61,992 bases of DNA from a virus: positions 1 through 61,992 of IMG/VR virus record IMGVR_UViG_3300045988_165080; one strand, written 5' to 3'. The position numbers and the translations under genes are program-made. Each line of letters starts with the position of its first letter. The stretch's first letter is position 1. The notes beneath the pieces are model-generated. The model searched no databases, was not told where the DNA came from, and saw only the letters and a list, made by a program, of their open reading frames with translations. Shown here piece after piece: positions 1 through 7,501 of the stretch.

Positions 1-119
1 AGAAAAAAATATCTTGCAAGAATTAGCTGAAAAAAAAGGTATTTCATTATCAAAACTTATTGCAAATATAGTAAAAAATTCAAATGATTTTAAAAATTTT
101 TCTAATAAAAAATAGCAAA
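1..119. repeat. Terminal overlap: 1-119 identical to 61874-61992 (circular closure, unit length 61873 bp)
   Basis: Same string agaaaaaaatatcttgcaag...aaaaatagcaaa read at both window ends. Confidence 0.9.
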
Positions 120-211
120 ATAAAAACCCACACATTTATAGTTAATTATTGCCAGTAATTAACTACCTGTAAGATGTGTAGGCTATCCATAAATACATTA
201 TTTTCATTTGT
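118..211 (-). ncRNA. Candidate countertranscript (antisense copy-control RNA) between RHH gene and rep
   Basis: A minus-strand promoter reads into a 56-nt imperfect hairpin (127-182; inner stem tagttaatta/taattaacta). On the minus strand the hairpin is followed by TTTTTATTTT. The plus strand has no T-tract after it. Confidence 0.45.
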
Positions 212-217
212 TATTTA

Positions 218-246
218 ATTATAACATAATTTTATTAACAAATCAA
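218..246 (-). promoter_or_regulatory. SigmaA-type promoter on minus strand (TTGATT - 17 nt - TATAAT)
   Basis: Complement of 241-246 is TTGATT and complement of 218-223 is TATAAT, with an exact 17-nt spacer. Confidence 0.5.
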
Positions 247-296
247 TATGGTATAGTTTTCATCTTACTTAAAATAGCAGTATAGGAGATGAAAAA

Positions 297-1367
297 ATGT
301 CTAAATTTAAAAGCAGTAATGAATCAAAATTCGTAGCAAGTGCTAAATTAGCTGAAGGATTTACAGTTATTCCAAACGAAATTATGAATGATTTGGATTT
401 GTTAGGTCCAAATGCCTTCTTTGTGTTTGCTAAAATATTACAATATATATCTAATCCAGAACATAAAATAAGTATCCAAGGACTAGCAACACAATTAGGA
501 GTAAGTAAAACGAGAGTTTCAAATGGTATTAATAAACTTATAGAAGTTGGTTATATAAAAAGGACTCCACTTAAAAATGGTAATCTTACTAATGGTTATC
601 TATACGAAGTCTTTAGCGAAAAACAGAACGTAGAAATTACGAACGTAAGCGATAACGTTAATTTGAACGCCAGCGAAAAAACAAGCAATCGTGAAAGTAT
701 TGGAAATACTACATCTTACCGTAATCCTAAAAACTGGGATACCGAAAATAGGGATACCAATTTCTGCGATACCGGTTTTCGATACGCTAATAAAGAAAAT
801 AATAATAAAAATAATAACAATAAAGAAAATAATAACGTTGTTGTTAATAATGAAAGAGAAATAAAACTTTTTGATTTATATAAATCTTTTAAAATTGAAA
901 AACGTTTCATGCCGCATACGAAAAAAATGCTTTTAGAATACATAGATAAATTTGATTTAAATATATTTGAAAAAGTGTTTATAGCTGCAAGCGAAGAAAG
1001 TGTAACTAAAAAATATGCTTATATGAAAAAAGTATTTGAAACTTTGGACATGAAAAATATCAGGACTTTAGATGATTATTTAAAAGACCAAGAAAATTTT
1101 AAAAATAAAAAACAAACTAACGTAAAACAAGAAAAAAGTTCAAATACAGTAAATACGAAATATCATAATACATTTAATGAACATTATAAAAATTATACTG
1201 CAGATGAACTTGATAATAAGCTTAGATCTTCTAAGCCTAATAATGATATAGAGAAACAACTATATTTAACTGCGGTTGAAAATGGTTTAAGTTCTTTAAG
1301 TCAGTTATCTCAAAATAGAGTTGTTAGCTATGCTTTAGAACATAATTTAGAAGTGCCAAGGGGGTGA
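297..1367 (+). CDS. Plasmid-type replication initiator: N-terminal winged HTH plus C-terminal DnaD-like domain
   Basis: N-terminus FTVIPNEIMNDL...ISIQGLATQLGVSKTRVSNGINKLIEVGYIKR. C-terminal DnaD/replisome-organiser-like segment LFDLYKSF...KKYAYMKKVFETL. Sits downstream of the RHH and hairpin. Confidence 0.6.
   Translation: MSKFKSSNESKFVASAKLAEGFTVIPNEIMNDLDLLGPNAFFVFAKILQYISNPEHKISIQGLATQLGVSKTRVSNGINKLIEVGYIKRTPLKNGNLTNGYLYEVFSEKQNVEITNVSDNVNLNASEKTSNRESIGNTTSYRNPKNWDTENRDTNFCDTGFRYANKENNNKNNNNKENNNVVVNNEREIKLFDLYKSFKIEKRFMPHTKKMLLEYIDKFDLNIFEKVFIAASEESVTKKYAYMKKVFETLDMKNIRTLDDYLKDQENFKNKKQTNVKQEKSSNTVNTKYHNTFNEHYKNYTADELDNKLRSSKPNNDIEKQLYLTAVENGLSSLSQLSQNRVVSYALEHNLEVPRG
736..786. repeat. 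Iteron-like GGGATACC/GCGATACC/TCGATACG repeats at about 15-bp spacing inside rep, followed by an A/T-rich tract (787-850)
   Basis: GATAC cores at 738, 753, 768 and 781. They lie in the linker between the wHTH and DnaD-like domains. Confidence 0.45.
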
Positions 1368-1371
1368 GAAT

Positions 1372-1559
1372 ATGCTCAAAATTAGAATTACATACAATAG
1401 AGAAAAGCCAGAAGAATTAAAAAGATAGAAAAAGAATTTGATATTATAAGTCAGTCTCAAGAGTATAAAAACAGAGGAAAAAGTAAATATTCTAACATTT
1501 ATTTAGATATAGAAAATAAAGGATATATAAAAACAATTAACTTTATATATAAATCTTGA
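1372..1559 (+). pseudogene. Small conserved-looking gene split by a -1 frameshift at an A5 run (1419-1423)
   Basis: Frame 1 gives MLKIRITYNREKPEELKR, stopping at 1426. The -1 frame continues KIEKEFDIISQSQEYKNRGKSKYSNIYLDIENKGYIKTINFIYKS to 1559. Confidence 0.35.
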
Positions 1560-1755
1560 TTTAAAGTTATATTCGGCTTTGTAATGAAATTTTACAACTT
1601 TAGCTTAGTTTTTATTGCTAATTTAAAGAAACGTGTTATAAAGGGCGTAAAATCGATATTTTTAATAGATTGCAAACCTTTTAAACATATAACTGATATT
1701 TATAAAAAATAAGATTAAAAAGTTGTATAACCAAAATTAATAGAGGAGTGATGAT

Positions 1756-2052
1756 ATGAAAAAATTAGTTAAACAAGTAGATATTAAGAATTTTTTTAAA
1801 TTACTAGAAGGTAAAAAAGTTAATATATATGCTTTACCTCTATGTGGTATAGATTTTAGTTTATCAAGAGTAGCCATGAAAAATTATGAAAATTGTATTT
1901 ATTTTAAAACTGATAATAGTAGCATGAATATAGTTTATAAAGCTATTAAAAGTCTAGAAGTAGATGAAACAGAAGAAATTATTAAAATTAAGGCTAAAAT
2001 TGAAAATGGGACCTTAGTCACTATAAGACATTATAAACCACATGAAGAATAA
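1756..2052 (+). CDS. Hypothetical protein
   Basis: 98-aa ORF with RBS gaggag 6 nt upstream. Confidence 0.5.
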   Translation: MKKLVKQVDIKNFFKLLEGKKVNIYALPLCGIDFSLSRVAMKNYENCIYFKTDNSSMNIVYKAIKSLEVDETEEIIKIKAKIENGTLVTIRHYKPHEE

Positions 2053-2053
2053 A

Positions 2054-2071
2054 TAGGAATATGTTCCGATT
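2054..2071 (+). promoter_or_regulatory. Copy 1 of 18-bp motif TAGGAATATGTTCCGATT (imperfect palindrome GGAAnnnnTTCC)
   Basis: Identical 18-mer at 2054, 2204 and 57021. Each copy lies just upstream of promoter-like sequence. Confidence 0.5.
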
Positions 2072-2203
2072 GAAATTGAAAGTAAAAGGTGTTAATCTAA
2101 TATTAGATATAGAACTTACAAATTTTAGCTATATTGCTTTAGTAAAATACTCCTGTTTAAAAAAATAACTGCCTTGCTGGGTGGTTATTTTTATGTGTTT
2201 AAA

Positions 2204-2221
2204 TAGGAATATGTTCCGATT
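2204..2221 (+). promoter_or_regulatory. Copy 2 of 18-bp motif TAGGAATATGTTCCGATT
   Basis: Exactly 150 bp after copy 1. Followed by TTTATA - 17 nt - TATAAT and a short terminated transcript. Confidence 0.5.
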
Positions 2222-2321
2222 TATAAACATTTTATTTGGTGATATAATTTAAGTATAAGATTTAATCATACTCAGTTTAACTAATTGAGTAAGCCTAAAA
2301 TGCACATACTCCTATTAGCAA

Positions 2322-2355
2322 ATCCACTCTACTAGCCCCCTGAGTGGATTTTTTG
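2322..2355 (+). terminator. Intrinsic terminator ending a roughly 100-nt ORF-less transcript
   Basis: Stem atccactc/gagtggat followed by TTTTTTGTT. Confidence 0.6.
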
Positions 2356-2432
2356 TTGAATTAGTTTTTGCTGGAATAACAACCAAATACTTAATATTTA
2401 CTTTGAAAAACTATTATTTTAAAATAAAATTT

Positions 2433-2633
2433 ATGATAATAAACAATATTTCAAAAGTAAGAATGGATAAAAAACATAGTATTAGAAAGTTGGCCTATAA
2501 GACAAAGCTGAGCAAAAGTACTATTTTTAGATTGGAGAATAATGAAACGGTACTTGATTTAGTAAAATTAGAAAAAATTGCAATAGCACTAAATTGTAGG
2601 ATAACTGATCTATTTGATTCTGAATATAAATAG
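2433..2633 (+). CDS. XRE-family HTH regulator
   Basis: HSIRKLAYKTKLSKSTIFRLENNETVLDLVKLEKIAIALNCRITDLF has an HTH_3-like layout. The start codon is uncertain (2403 TTG, 2433 or 2463 ATG). Confidence 0.6.
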   Translation: MIINNISKVRMDKKHSIRKLAYKTKLSKSTIFRLENNETVLDLVKLEKIAIALNCRITDLFDSEYK

Positions 2634-2765
2634 TGTCCCAGTATATGGGACAACACAACAAAATAGCAATAAATGGAAGTATAATATAAGTGTAGATAAA
2701 TTATTCTTAATATTCAAATAAAAAGATAGAATTTTATGAAAAATAGTATTATAATATATCTGCAT

Positions 2766-2779
2766 AGAACATAAGTTCG
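2766..2779. promoter_or_regulatory. LexA (Cheo/SOS) box AGAACATAAGTTCG
   Basis: Matches the Firmicutes consensus CGAAC-N4-GTTCG. Lies 11 nt after a TATAAT (2750-2755) and 30 nt before the ORF at 2809. Confidence 0.55.
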
Positions 2780-2808
2780 GTATTATTACGCTATTTTGGG
2801 GGAGATCT

Positions 2809-2946
2809 ATGGATTATGTAACAAAATTGAAAAAGGAAATCATAAGTTTATTAGAAGAAAATGATAATATTGATACTATAGGATTTATCTATCAATATTT
2901 GACTAAGAAAAAAGATGAAAATAAAAAACATAACAATAAAAAATAG
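2809..2946 (+). CDS. Small acidic/basic protein (45 aa), candidate SOS-induced antirepressor-type factor
   Basis: RBS gggggag, then ATG at 2809 (MDYVTKLKKEIISLLEENDNIDTIGFIYQYL...). The LexA box is directly upstream. Confidence 0.4.
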   Translation: MDYVTKLKKEIISLLEENDNIDTIGFIYQYLTKKKDENKKHNNKK

Positions 2947-2969
2947 GGACATTGTTCCCTATTTTTTTT
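2936..2969. terminator. Bidirectional intrinsic terminator between convergent genes
   Basis: A-run, stem taggga/tcccta, then T8. Confidence 0.65.
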
Positions 2970-3339
2970 CTGAATTTTTAAATACATTAATTAAATCTTT
3001 TATTACTTCGATTTGTCTATCATTTAAATCTAAAAGCATCTCTGTTAATTCAAATAAGTTTTCTTCTCTTTCTAAATTTCCAACTATATTTGCCAATCTA
3101 ATATGTTTAGAATCTGAAGCATAGATACTTTCCTTCCCACCGTTTAAAAGCCAATTTTTATTAATATAAAAAATATTACATATGCTATCAATAAGATCTT
3201 CATTTAGTTTTGCTCTAGCTTTTTCGATATTGTATACGGCATCTTCACTCTTATTAATCATTTTTCCAAACTCTCTTCTGGAGAGCTTTTCTTTTTTTCT
3301 TATAAATTCAATTCTTTTACCTATTTCTTTTTCATTCAT
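2959..3339 (-). CDS. CI-like repressor (XRE HTH N-terminus plus C-terminal oligomerisation region)
   Basis: MNEKEIGKRIEFIRKKEKLSRREFGKMINKSEDAVYNIEKARAKL with RBS ggaggt. Divergent from a strong early promoter. Confidence 0.75.
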   Translation of the reverse strand: MNEKEIGKRIEFIRKKEKLSRREFGKMINKSEDAVYNIEKARAKLNEDLIDSICNIFYINKNWLLNGGKESIYASDSKHIRLANIVGNLEREENLFELTEMLLDLNDRQIEVIKDLINVFKNSEKK

Positions 3340-3394
3340 AGCGTACCTCCAATTATTATTATAAATAAATTGTAACACATATACACAACAAAAT

Positions 3395-3540
3395 AAACGA
3401 GAAAAACATAAAATTTCGTTTACAAGAACAGACAGGTAACAACTTTTAGCGGATAAAAACGAGAAAATAAAACCAAAATTGTCCAAAAATACGTTGACTT
3501 ACGTTATAAATAAGTATATAATATAAATATAAACGAAAAA
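3395..3540. promoter_or_regulatory. Three AAACGA(G)AAAA operator-like repeats in the cI/cro-type intergenic region
   Basis: Copies at 3395-3405, 3457-3467 and 3531-3540. The first is part of the inverted repeat aaacga-N15-tcgttt. The third abuts the -10 of the rightward promoter. Confidence 0.45.
3494..3522 (+). promoter_or_regulatory. Early rightward promoter TTGACT - 17 nt - TATAAT
   Basis: Near-consensus hexamers with a 17-nt spacer. Confidence 0.65.
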
Positions 3541-3563
3541 CAACGAAGAAGGGGGAATGTTGA

Positions 3564-3749
3564 ATGAGTACTAGATATGAAGAAAGACTTAAAATAGCAT
3601 CAGATTTGCAAGGCTTAAATAAAGAAAATTATAATACGGTCCTTAAAATCATAAAAGCTTTTCAAGTATCTGAATCAGCTAAAATTCTAGGAATAGATCC
3701 TTCTAAACTTTCTGAATTAGTAAAAGAGAAGGAAAGCCAGCAAGTTTAA
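3564..3749 (+). CDS. Small early protein in Cro position
   Basis: 61-aa ORF with RBS aaggggg. First gene of the rightward operon. Confidence 0.5.
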   Translation: MSTRYEERLKIASDLQGLNKENYNTVLKIIKAFQVSESAKILGIDPSKLSELVKEKESQQV

Positions 3750-3761
3750 GGAAGTGATTAA

Positions 3762-4688
3762 ATGACAGATTCAATGGAGGTAAAATACAACAAAAATAGT
3801 ATTTTACGTGATGGGTATGGAATAATACCTAAGATAGTTATGAGAGATAAAAATCTTTCAATTGAGGCAAAAGCAATTTATGCATATTTAATAGCCTTCG
3901 CTGGAGATAAAAAAACATGTTATCCAAGTAGAGATTTAATGTGTAAAGAATTAGGAATATCAATCAATAGATTTACTAAACACTTAAAAACATTAAAAGA
4001 ATCAGGGTACATAAAAGTAGAAAGAGTAAAATCAGGTAATTTAAAAGCAAAAAATATATATGAAATCATAATGGATGAAAGAGACCGATGTATTAATTTT
4101 AGAGATATCGAAAACGAATATCTCGAAAACGAATATCTCGAAAACGAATATCTCGAAAACGAATATCTCGAAAACGAATACACTAATAATAACAGTCTTA
4201 ATAATAACAGTTTAAATAATAATAGTGTTAATAATAACAGTATTAATAAAAAAGAAAAAAAGAAAAAAAGAACTGATTTAGATGTTCTTATAAATGAGTA
4301 TACTTCAAACTCTTTTTTACAGGAAACAATAATAGATTTTATAAAAATGCGAAAGGGCATTAAAAAACCTGTTACAGAAAGAGCACTTAAAGGAATACTA
4401 AATAAATTAGACAAATTAGCAACAATAGATGATATCAAAATAAAAATATTGGAGAACTCAATAGAAAACTGTTGGCAAGGAGTTTTTCCATTAAAAAAAG
4501 ACAACTTCAGTAATTACAATTCAAACAAACACAAAAATAAAGACAATTCAAATTCAAACATCGAGGATTTACAAGGATATATAGATCCTGAACAAATGAA
4601 ACCAGTCAAAAAAGAAGATCTAGACGAAATAGAAAAACTGCAAAAAGAATTAGATGCGATGGGAGATGGCTTTAAATGGCTAAAATAG
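3762..4688 (+). CDS. Phage replication protein (N-terminal HTH plus DnaD-like C-terminal domain)
   Basis: GIIPKIVMRDKNLSIEAKAIYAYLIAFAGDKKTCYPSRDLMCKELGISINRFTKHLKTLKESGYIKVER. A DnaD-like segment lies after the repeat linker. Followed by the helicase loader. Confidence 0.7.
   Translation: MTDSMEVKYNKNSILRDGYGIIPKIVMRDKNLSIEAKAIYAYLIAFAGDKKTCYPSRDLMCKELGISINRFTKHLKTLKESGYIKVERVKSGNLKAKNIYEIIMDERDRCINFRDIENEYLENEYLENEYLENEYLENEYTNNNSLNNNSLNNNSVNNNSINKKEKKKKRTDLDVLINEYTSNSFLQETIIDFIKMRKGIKKPVTERALKGILNKLDKLATIDDIKIKILENSIENCWQGVFPLKKDNFSNYNSNKHKNKDNSNSNIEDLQGYIDPEQMKPVKKEDLDEIEKLQKELDAMGDGFKWLK
4105..4179. repeat. Five tandem 15-bp iterons (ATCTCGAAAACGAAT) inside the replication gene
   Basis: Five contiguous 15-bp units, four identical and the first differing at one base (atatcg). 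They encode (ENEYL)x5. Confidence 0.85.
4185..4244. repeat. Four tandem 15-bp A/T-rich repeats (AATAATAACAGTNTT)
   Basis: Immediately follows the iterons. Encodes (NNNSL/V/I)x4. Confidence 0.8.
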
Positions 4689-5368
4689 CTATAGGATATC
4701 AATGCGAAAAATGCAAAGATTTAGGTTATATTCTACAGGAAGATGAAAAAGGTTATACCGTAGCTAAACCATGTGAGTGTCTTGAAAAAAGACAGATATT
4801 GGAAAAGTTAAAGAGATGCGGCTTAACAGATTCTTTCAAGAAAAAGACATTTTCTTCTTTTGAAACAGATACAGAATATCAAAAACAGGCAAAATTACAA
4901 GCTATGCGTTATTGTAAGAAGTTCGAAAATGAAAAAGGTAGCTTTTTATTAACTGGAAGCCCAGGCACAGGAAAAACCCATTTAGGAATCGCAATAATGA
5001 TACAGCTTGTAAATCAAAATGTAGGTTGTAAATATACAGAGTATATTAGTTTAATTATGAGCCTTAAACAATGTTGTATGGATGTGATTAATTACAACAA
5101 AGAAATGGATAAATATAAAAATTGCACTGTACTATTCATTGATGACTTATTAAAAGGACAAACAAGTGAAACTGATAGAAAGTATATTTATGAGATAATA
5201 AATTATCGTTACATGACAGAAAAATCGATTATAGTAAGCACAGAAAAAACATTAGATGAGTTAATGAATTATGATGCAGCTATAGCTAGTAGAATTATAG
5301 AAATGTGCAAAGAAAATATAATTGAGTTTAAAAATGTACCTAATAGGAGATTACAAAGGGGGATATAG
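4676..5368 (+). CDS. DnaC/IstB-like AAA+ helicase loader with N-terminal zinc ribbon
   Basis: CEKCKDLGY...CEC motif. Walker A GSPGTGKTH and Walker B VLFIDDL. Confidence 0.8.
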   Translation: MAKIAIGYQCEKCKDLGYILQEDEKGYTVAKPCECLEKRQILEKLKRCGLTDSFKKKTFSSFETDTEYQKQAKLQAMRYCKKFENEKGSFLLTGSPGTGKTHLGIAIMIQLVNQNVGCKYTEYISLIMSLKQCCMDVINYNKEMDKYKNCTVLFIDDLLKGQTSETDRKYIYEIINYRYMTEKSIIVSTEKTLDELMNYDAAIASRIIEMCKENIIEFKNVPNRRLQRGI

Positions 5369-5371
5369 CAA

Positions 5372-5989
5372 GTGCCAAGAAATACTTTAGGCTCCAAAGA
5401 TGAGATTTGGAAAGATATCAAAGGGTATGAAGGTTTATATCTAGTCAGTAACTTAGGTGATGTATATAGTTGCTTATCAAATAAAAAATTAAAACCTGGA
5501 AGTGATAACGGCTATTTAAAAGTAAATTTATGTAAGAATAACAAAGTGAAACAATTCACTGTGCATAGATTAGTTGCATTAGCATTTTTACCTAATGAAA
5601 ATAATTATCCATGCGTTAATCATAAAGATGAAAACCCCAGTAATAACAATGTTAATAATTTAGAATGGTGCACTTACAAATACAATAATAATTACGGAAG
5701 CATACGAGAGAGAATCAGTAAAACATTAAAAGGTAAAAATGCAGGTAAAAAACATCCTATGTACGGAAAGCATCATACACTTGAAAGCAAAAAAGAAATG
5801 AGCAAAAAGTTAAGTAAACCTGTTATATGTATAACTACAGGGGAAATATTTAATTCTTTAAAAGAAGCGAGTATAAAAACTGAAACATCTTACTCTAGTA
5901 TAAGTGACTGTTGCAGAAATAAAAAACAATCAGCTGGGAATCATCCAGTAACAGGTGAAAAACTAAAATGGGAATATTATAAGAAATAA
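5372..5989 (+). CDS. HNH homing endonuclease (NUMOD4 plus HNH plus C-terminal NUMOD-like repeats)
   Basis: WKDIKGYEGLYLVSNLGDVYS and VNHKDENPSNNNVNNLEW. Confidence 0.8.
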   Translation: MPRNTLGSKDEIWKDIKGYEGLYLVSNLGDVYSCLSNKKLKPGSDNGYLKVNLCKNNKVKQFTVHRLVALAFLPNENNYPCVNHKDENPSNNNVNNLEWCTYKYNNNYGSIRERISKTLKGKNAGKKHPMYGKHHTLESKKEMSKKLSKPVICITTGEIFNSLKEASIKTETSYSSISDCCRNKKQSAGNHPVTGEKLKWEYYKK

Positions 5990-6003
5990 AGGAGGATGAT
6001 TTT

Positions 6004-6243
6004 ATGCCACGCAACACCTTGGGTGACCTAAACAATCATTTATTCGCTCAATTAGAACGTTTAAATGATGAAGAGATAACAGGAGAAAAATTAGAAGATG
6101 AAATTACAAGAAGCAAAGCAGTCATAGGAGTTTCAAAACAAATTATTGCTAATGCAAATGTTGTATTAAGAGCAAAATCAATACAACTAGAGTATGGAAA
6201 AGATAAAAAAGAAATTCCTAAAATGCTTGAAGGTGGTGAGTAA
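6004..6243 (+). CDS. Hypothetical protein
   Basis: 79-aa ORF with RBS aaggagg. Its N-terminus MPRNTLG is shared with the upstream HNH gene. Confidence 0.5.
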   Translation: MPRNTLGDLNNHLFAQLERLNDEEITGEKLEDEITRSKAVIGVSKQIIANANVVLRAKSIQLEYGKDKKEIPKMLEGGE

Positions 6244-6251
6244 AAAATAGA

Positions 6252-6851
6252 ATGGGAAAATCAATTCATAGATGGAGTGATGAAGAAAAAGAATATCTTA
6301 AAGAAATAACTCCAGGTAGACATCACAAAGAAATCACTGATTTAATGAATGAAAAATTCGAATACAAGTTTGAAGTTAAGCAAATAAAAAATGCAATTAA
6401 AAGGTATGGATATAACACAGGTTTTAATGGCCAATTTAAAAAAGGACACAAAACATGGAATAAAGGAACTAAAGGACTTACAGGTCCAAATAAAACTTCT
6501 TTTAAAAAAGGTAATGAGCCATGAAATAAAAAGAAAATTGGTAGTGAAAGAATTGATATTAATGGATATATCTTAATTAAAGTAAAAGAACCTAATGCGT
6601 GGAGATTAAAGCATAGAATTATGTATGAAAAATATCACAATGTTAAATTAACATCGGATGATGCAGTTATATTTGCAGATCAAAACAAATTAAATTTAGA
6701 AAAAGATAATTTAATATTGATTAGTAAAAGTCAGTTACTAAAAATGAATAATGAAAAATTAATTTTTAATAATAAAGAATTAACTAAAACAGGAGCAAAT
6801 ATAGCTGAATTAATGATGAAGGTTGACGAAAGGAAAAAGAAAAATGAATAG
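6252..6851 (+). pseudogene. HNH endonuclease interrupted by an in-frame TGA (6522-6524)
   Basis: ORFs 6252-6524 and 6621-6851 are in the same frame. The read-through product is ...FKKGNEP*NKKKIGSERIDINGYILIKVKEPNAWRLKHRIMYEKYH...ADQNKLNLEKDNLILIS. The stop aligns with W of the earlier KKGHKTWNKG repeat. Confidence 0.6.
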
Positions 6852-7254
6852 TGTAGTTTTAGTTGGAAGATTAACAAAAGACCCAGAGTTAAGATACATA
6901 CCTAATTCTGGAACACCTGTTGCTACTTTTACAATAGCAATAGACAGAGATTATAAGAAAAAAGACGGAACAAAAGAAACAGATTTTATACCTATTGAAA
7001 TTATAGGAAAAGCAGCTGAATTTTGTGCTAATTATATAACAAAAGGTAGATTAGTTGCTATTCAAGGAAATCTTAGAGTTGATAGATATCAAACTCAAGA
7101 TGGAGAAAATAGAACTTTTACTAAGGTTAGTGGTAGAAGTGTACAAGCATTAGATTATCCGAAAGATAATCAACAAGGAACAAATAATATAACAAATCCA
7201 GGGTTAGATCCAAATGGATTTCAAGCTATAGATGATGATGACATACCTTTTTAA
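6844..7254 (+). CDS. ssb: Single-stranded DNA-binding protein
   Basis: MNSVVLVGRLTKDPELRY OB-fold start and the canonical acidic tail DDDIPF. Confidence 0.9.
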   Translation: MNSVVLVGRLTKDPELRYIPNSGTPVATFTIAIDRDYKKKDGTKETDFIPIEIIGKAAEFCANYITKGRLVAIQGNLRVDRYQTQDGENRTFTKVSGRSVQALDYPKDNQQGTNNITNPGLDPNGFQAIDDDDIPF

Positions 7255-7501
7255 TTTAAAGGGGGAGTATAAATGATAATTAAATTTTTAGAAATAAGTT
7301 TAATTTTCTGTATAGGTTTTGTGGTTGGAGCATGGTGGTGTGCTAATGCAGAAGGAGATGATTAAATTGATTTGCAAAATAGAAACCTTAAAAAAAATAG
7401 CAGAAAAGTATCCGACACTTACAATTTTAGAATTTATAGAAACTTATAAGGGGGTAATCAAATGAACATAGGGGGGTTATGTTAGGAGTAAAAGGCTAAA
7501 T

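Noticed and set aside
2054-2071. TAGGAATATGTTCCGATT considered as a LexA/SOS box
   Set aside because: GGAA-N4-TTCC is two bases shorter than the CGAAC-N4-GTTCG Cheo box and lacks the C and G of the half-sites. A properly spaced box exists separately at 2766-2779.
4105-4244. Tandem 15-bp repeats considered as a CRISPR array
   Set aside because: The repeats are contiguous with no spacers, are only 15 bp long, are in frame within a replication gene, and no cas genes are present.
3920-4504. Long minus-strand ORFs nested inside plus-strand genes (also 716-943, 8126-8491, 9647-10108, 13912-14220, 22366-22794, 38291-38629, 51449-51763, 59159-59557)
   Set aside because: They are antisense to well-supported genes, rich in Leu/Ser/Phe/Ile as expected for antisense A/T-rich coding DNA, lack RBSs and have no recognisable motifs.
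6522-6524. In-frame TGA considered as evidence for a TGA-to-Trp genetic code
   Set aside because: TGA terminates several well-defined genes at natural boundaries with a downstream RBS and start (1365-1367, 35670-35672, 37083-37085). Standard code 11 fits the rest of the window.
6391-6576. 61-aa ORF overlapping the HNH pseudogene in another frame
   Set aside because: It is an out-of-frame overlap with a recognisable HNH coding frame and has no RBS or motif.
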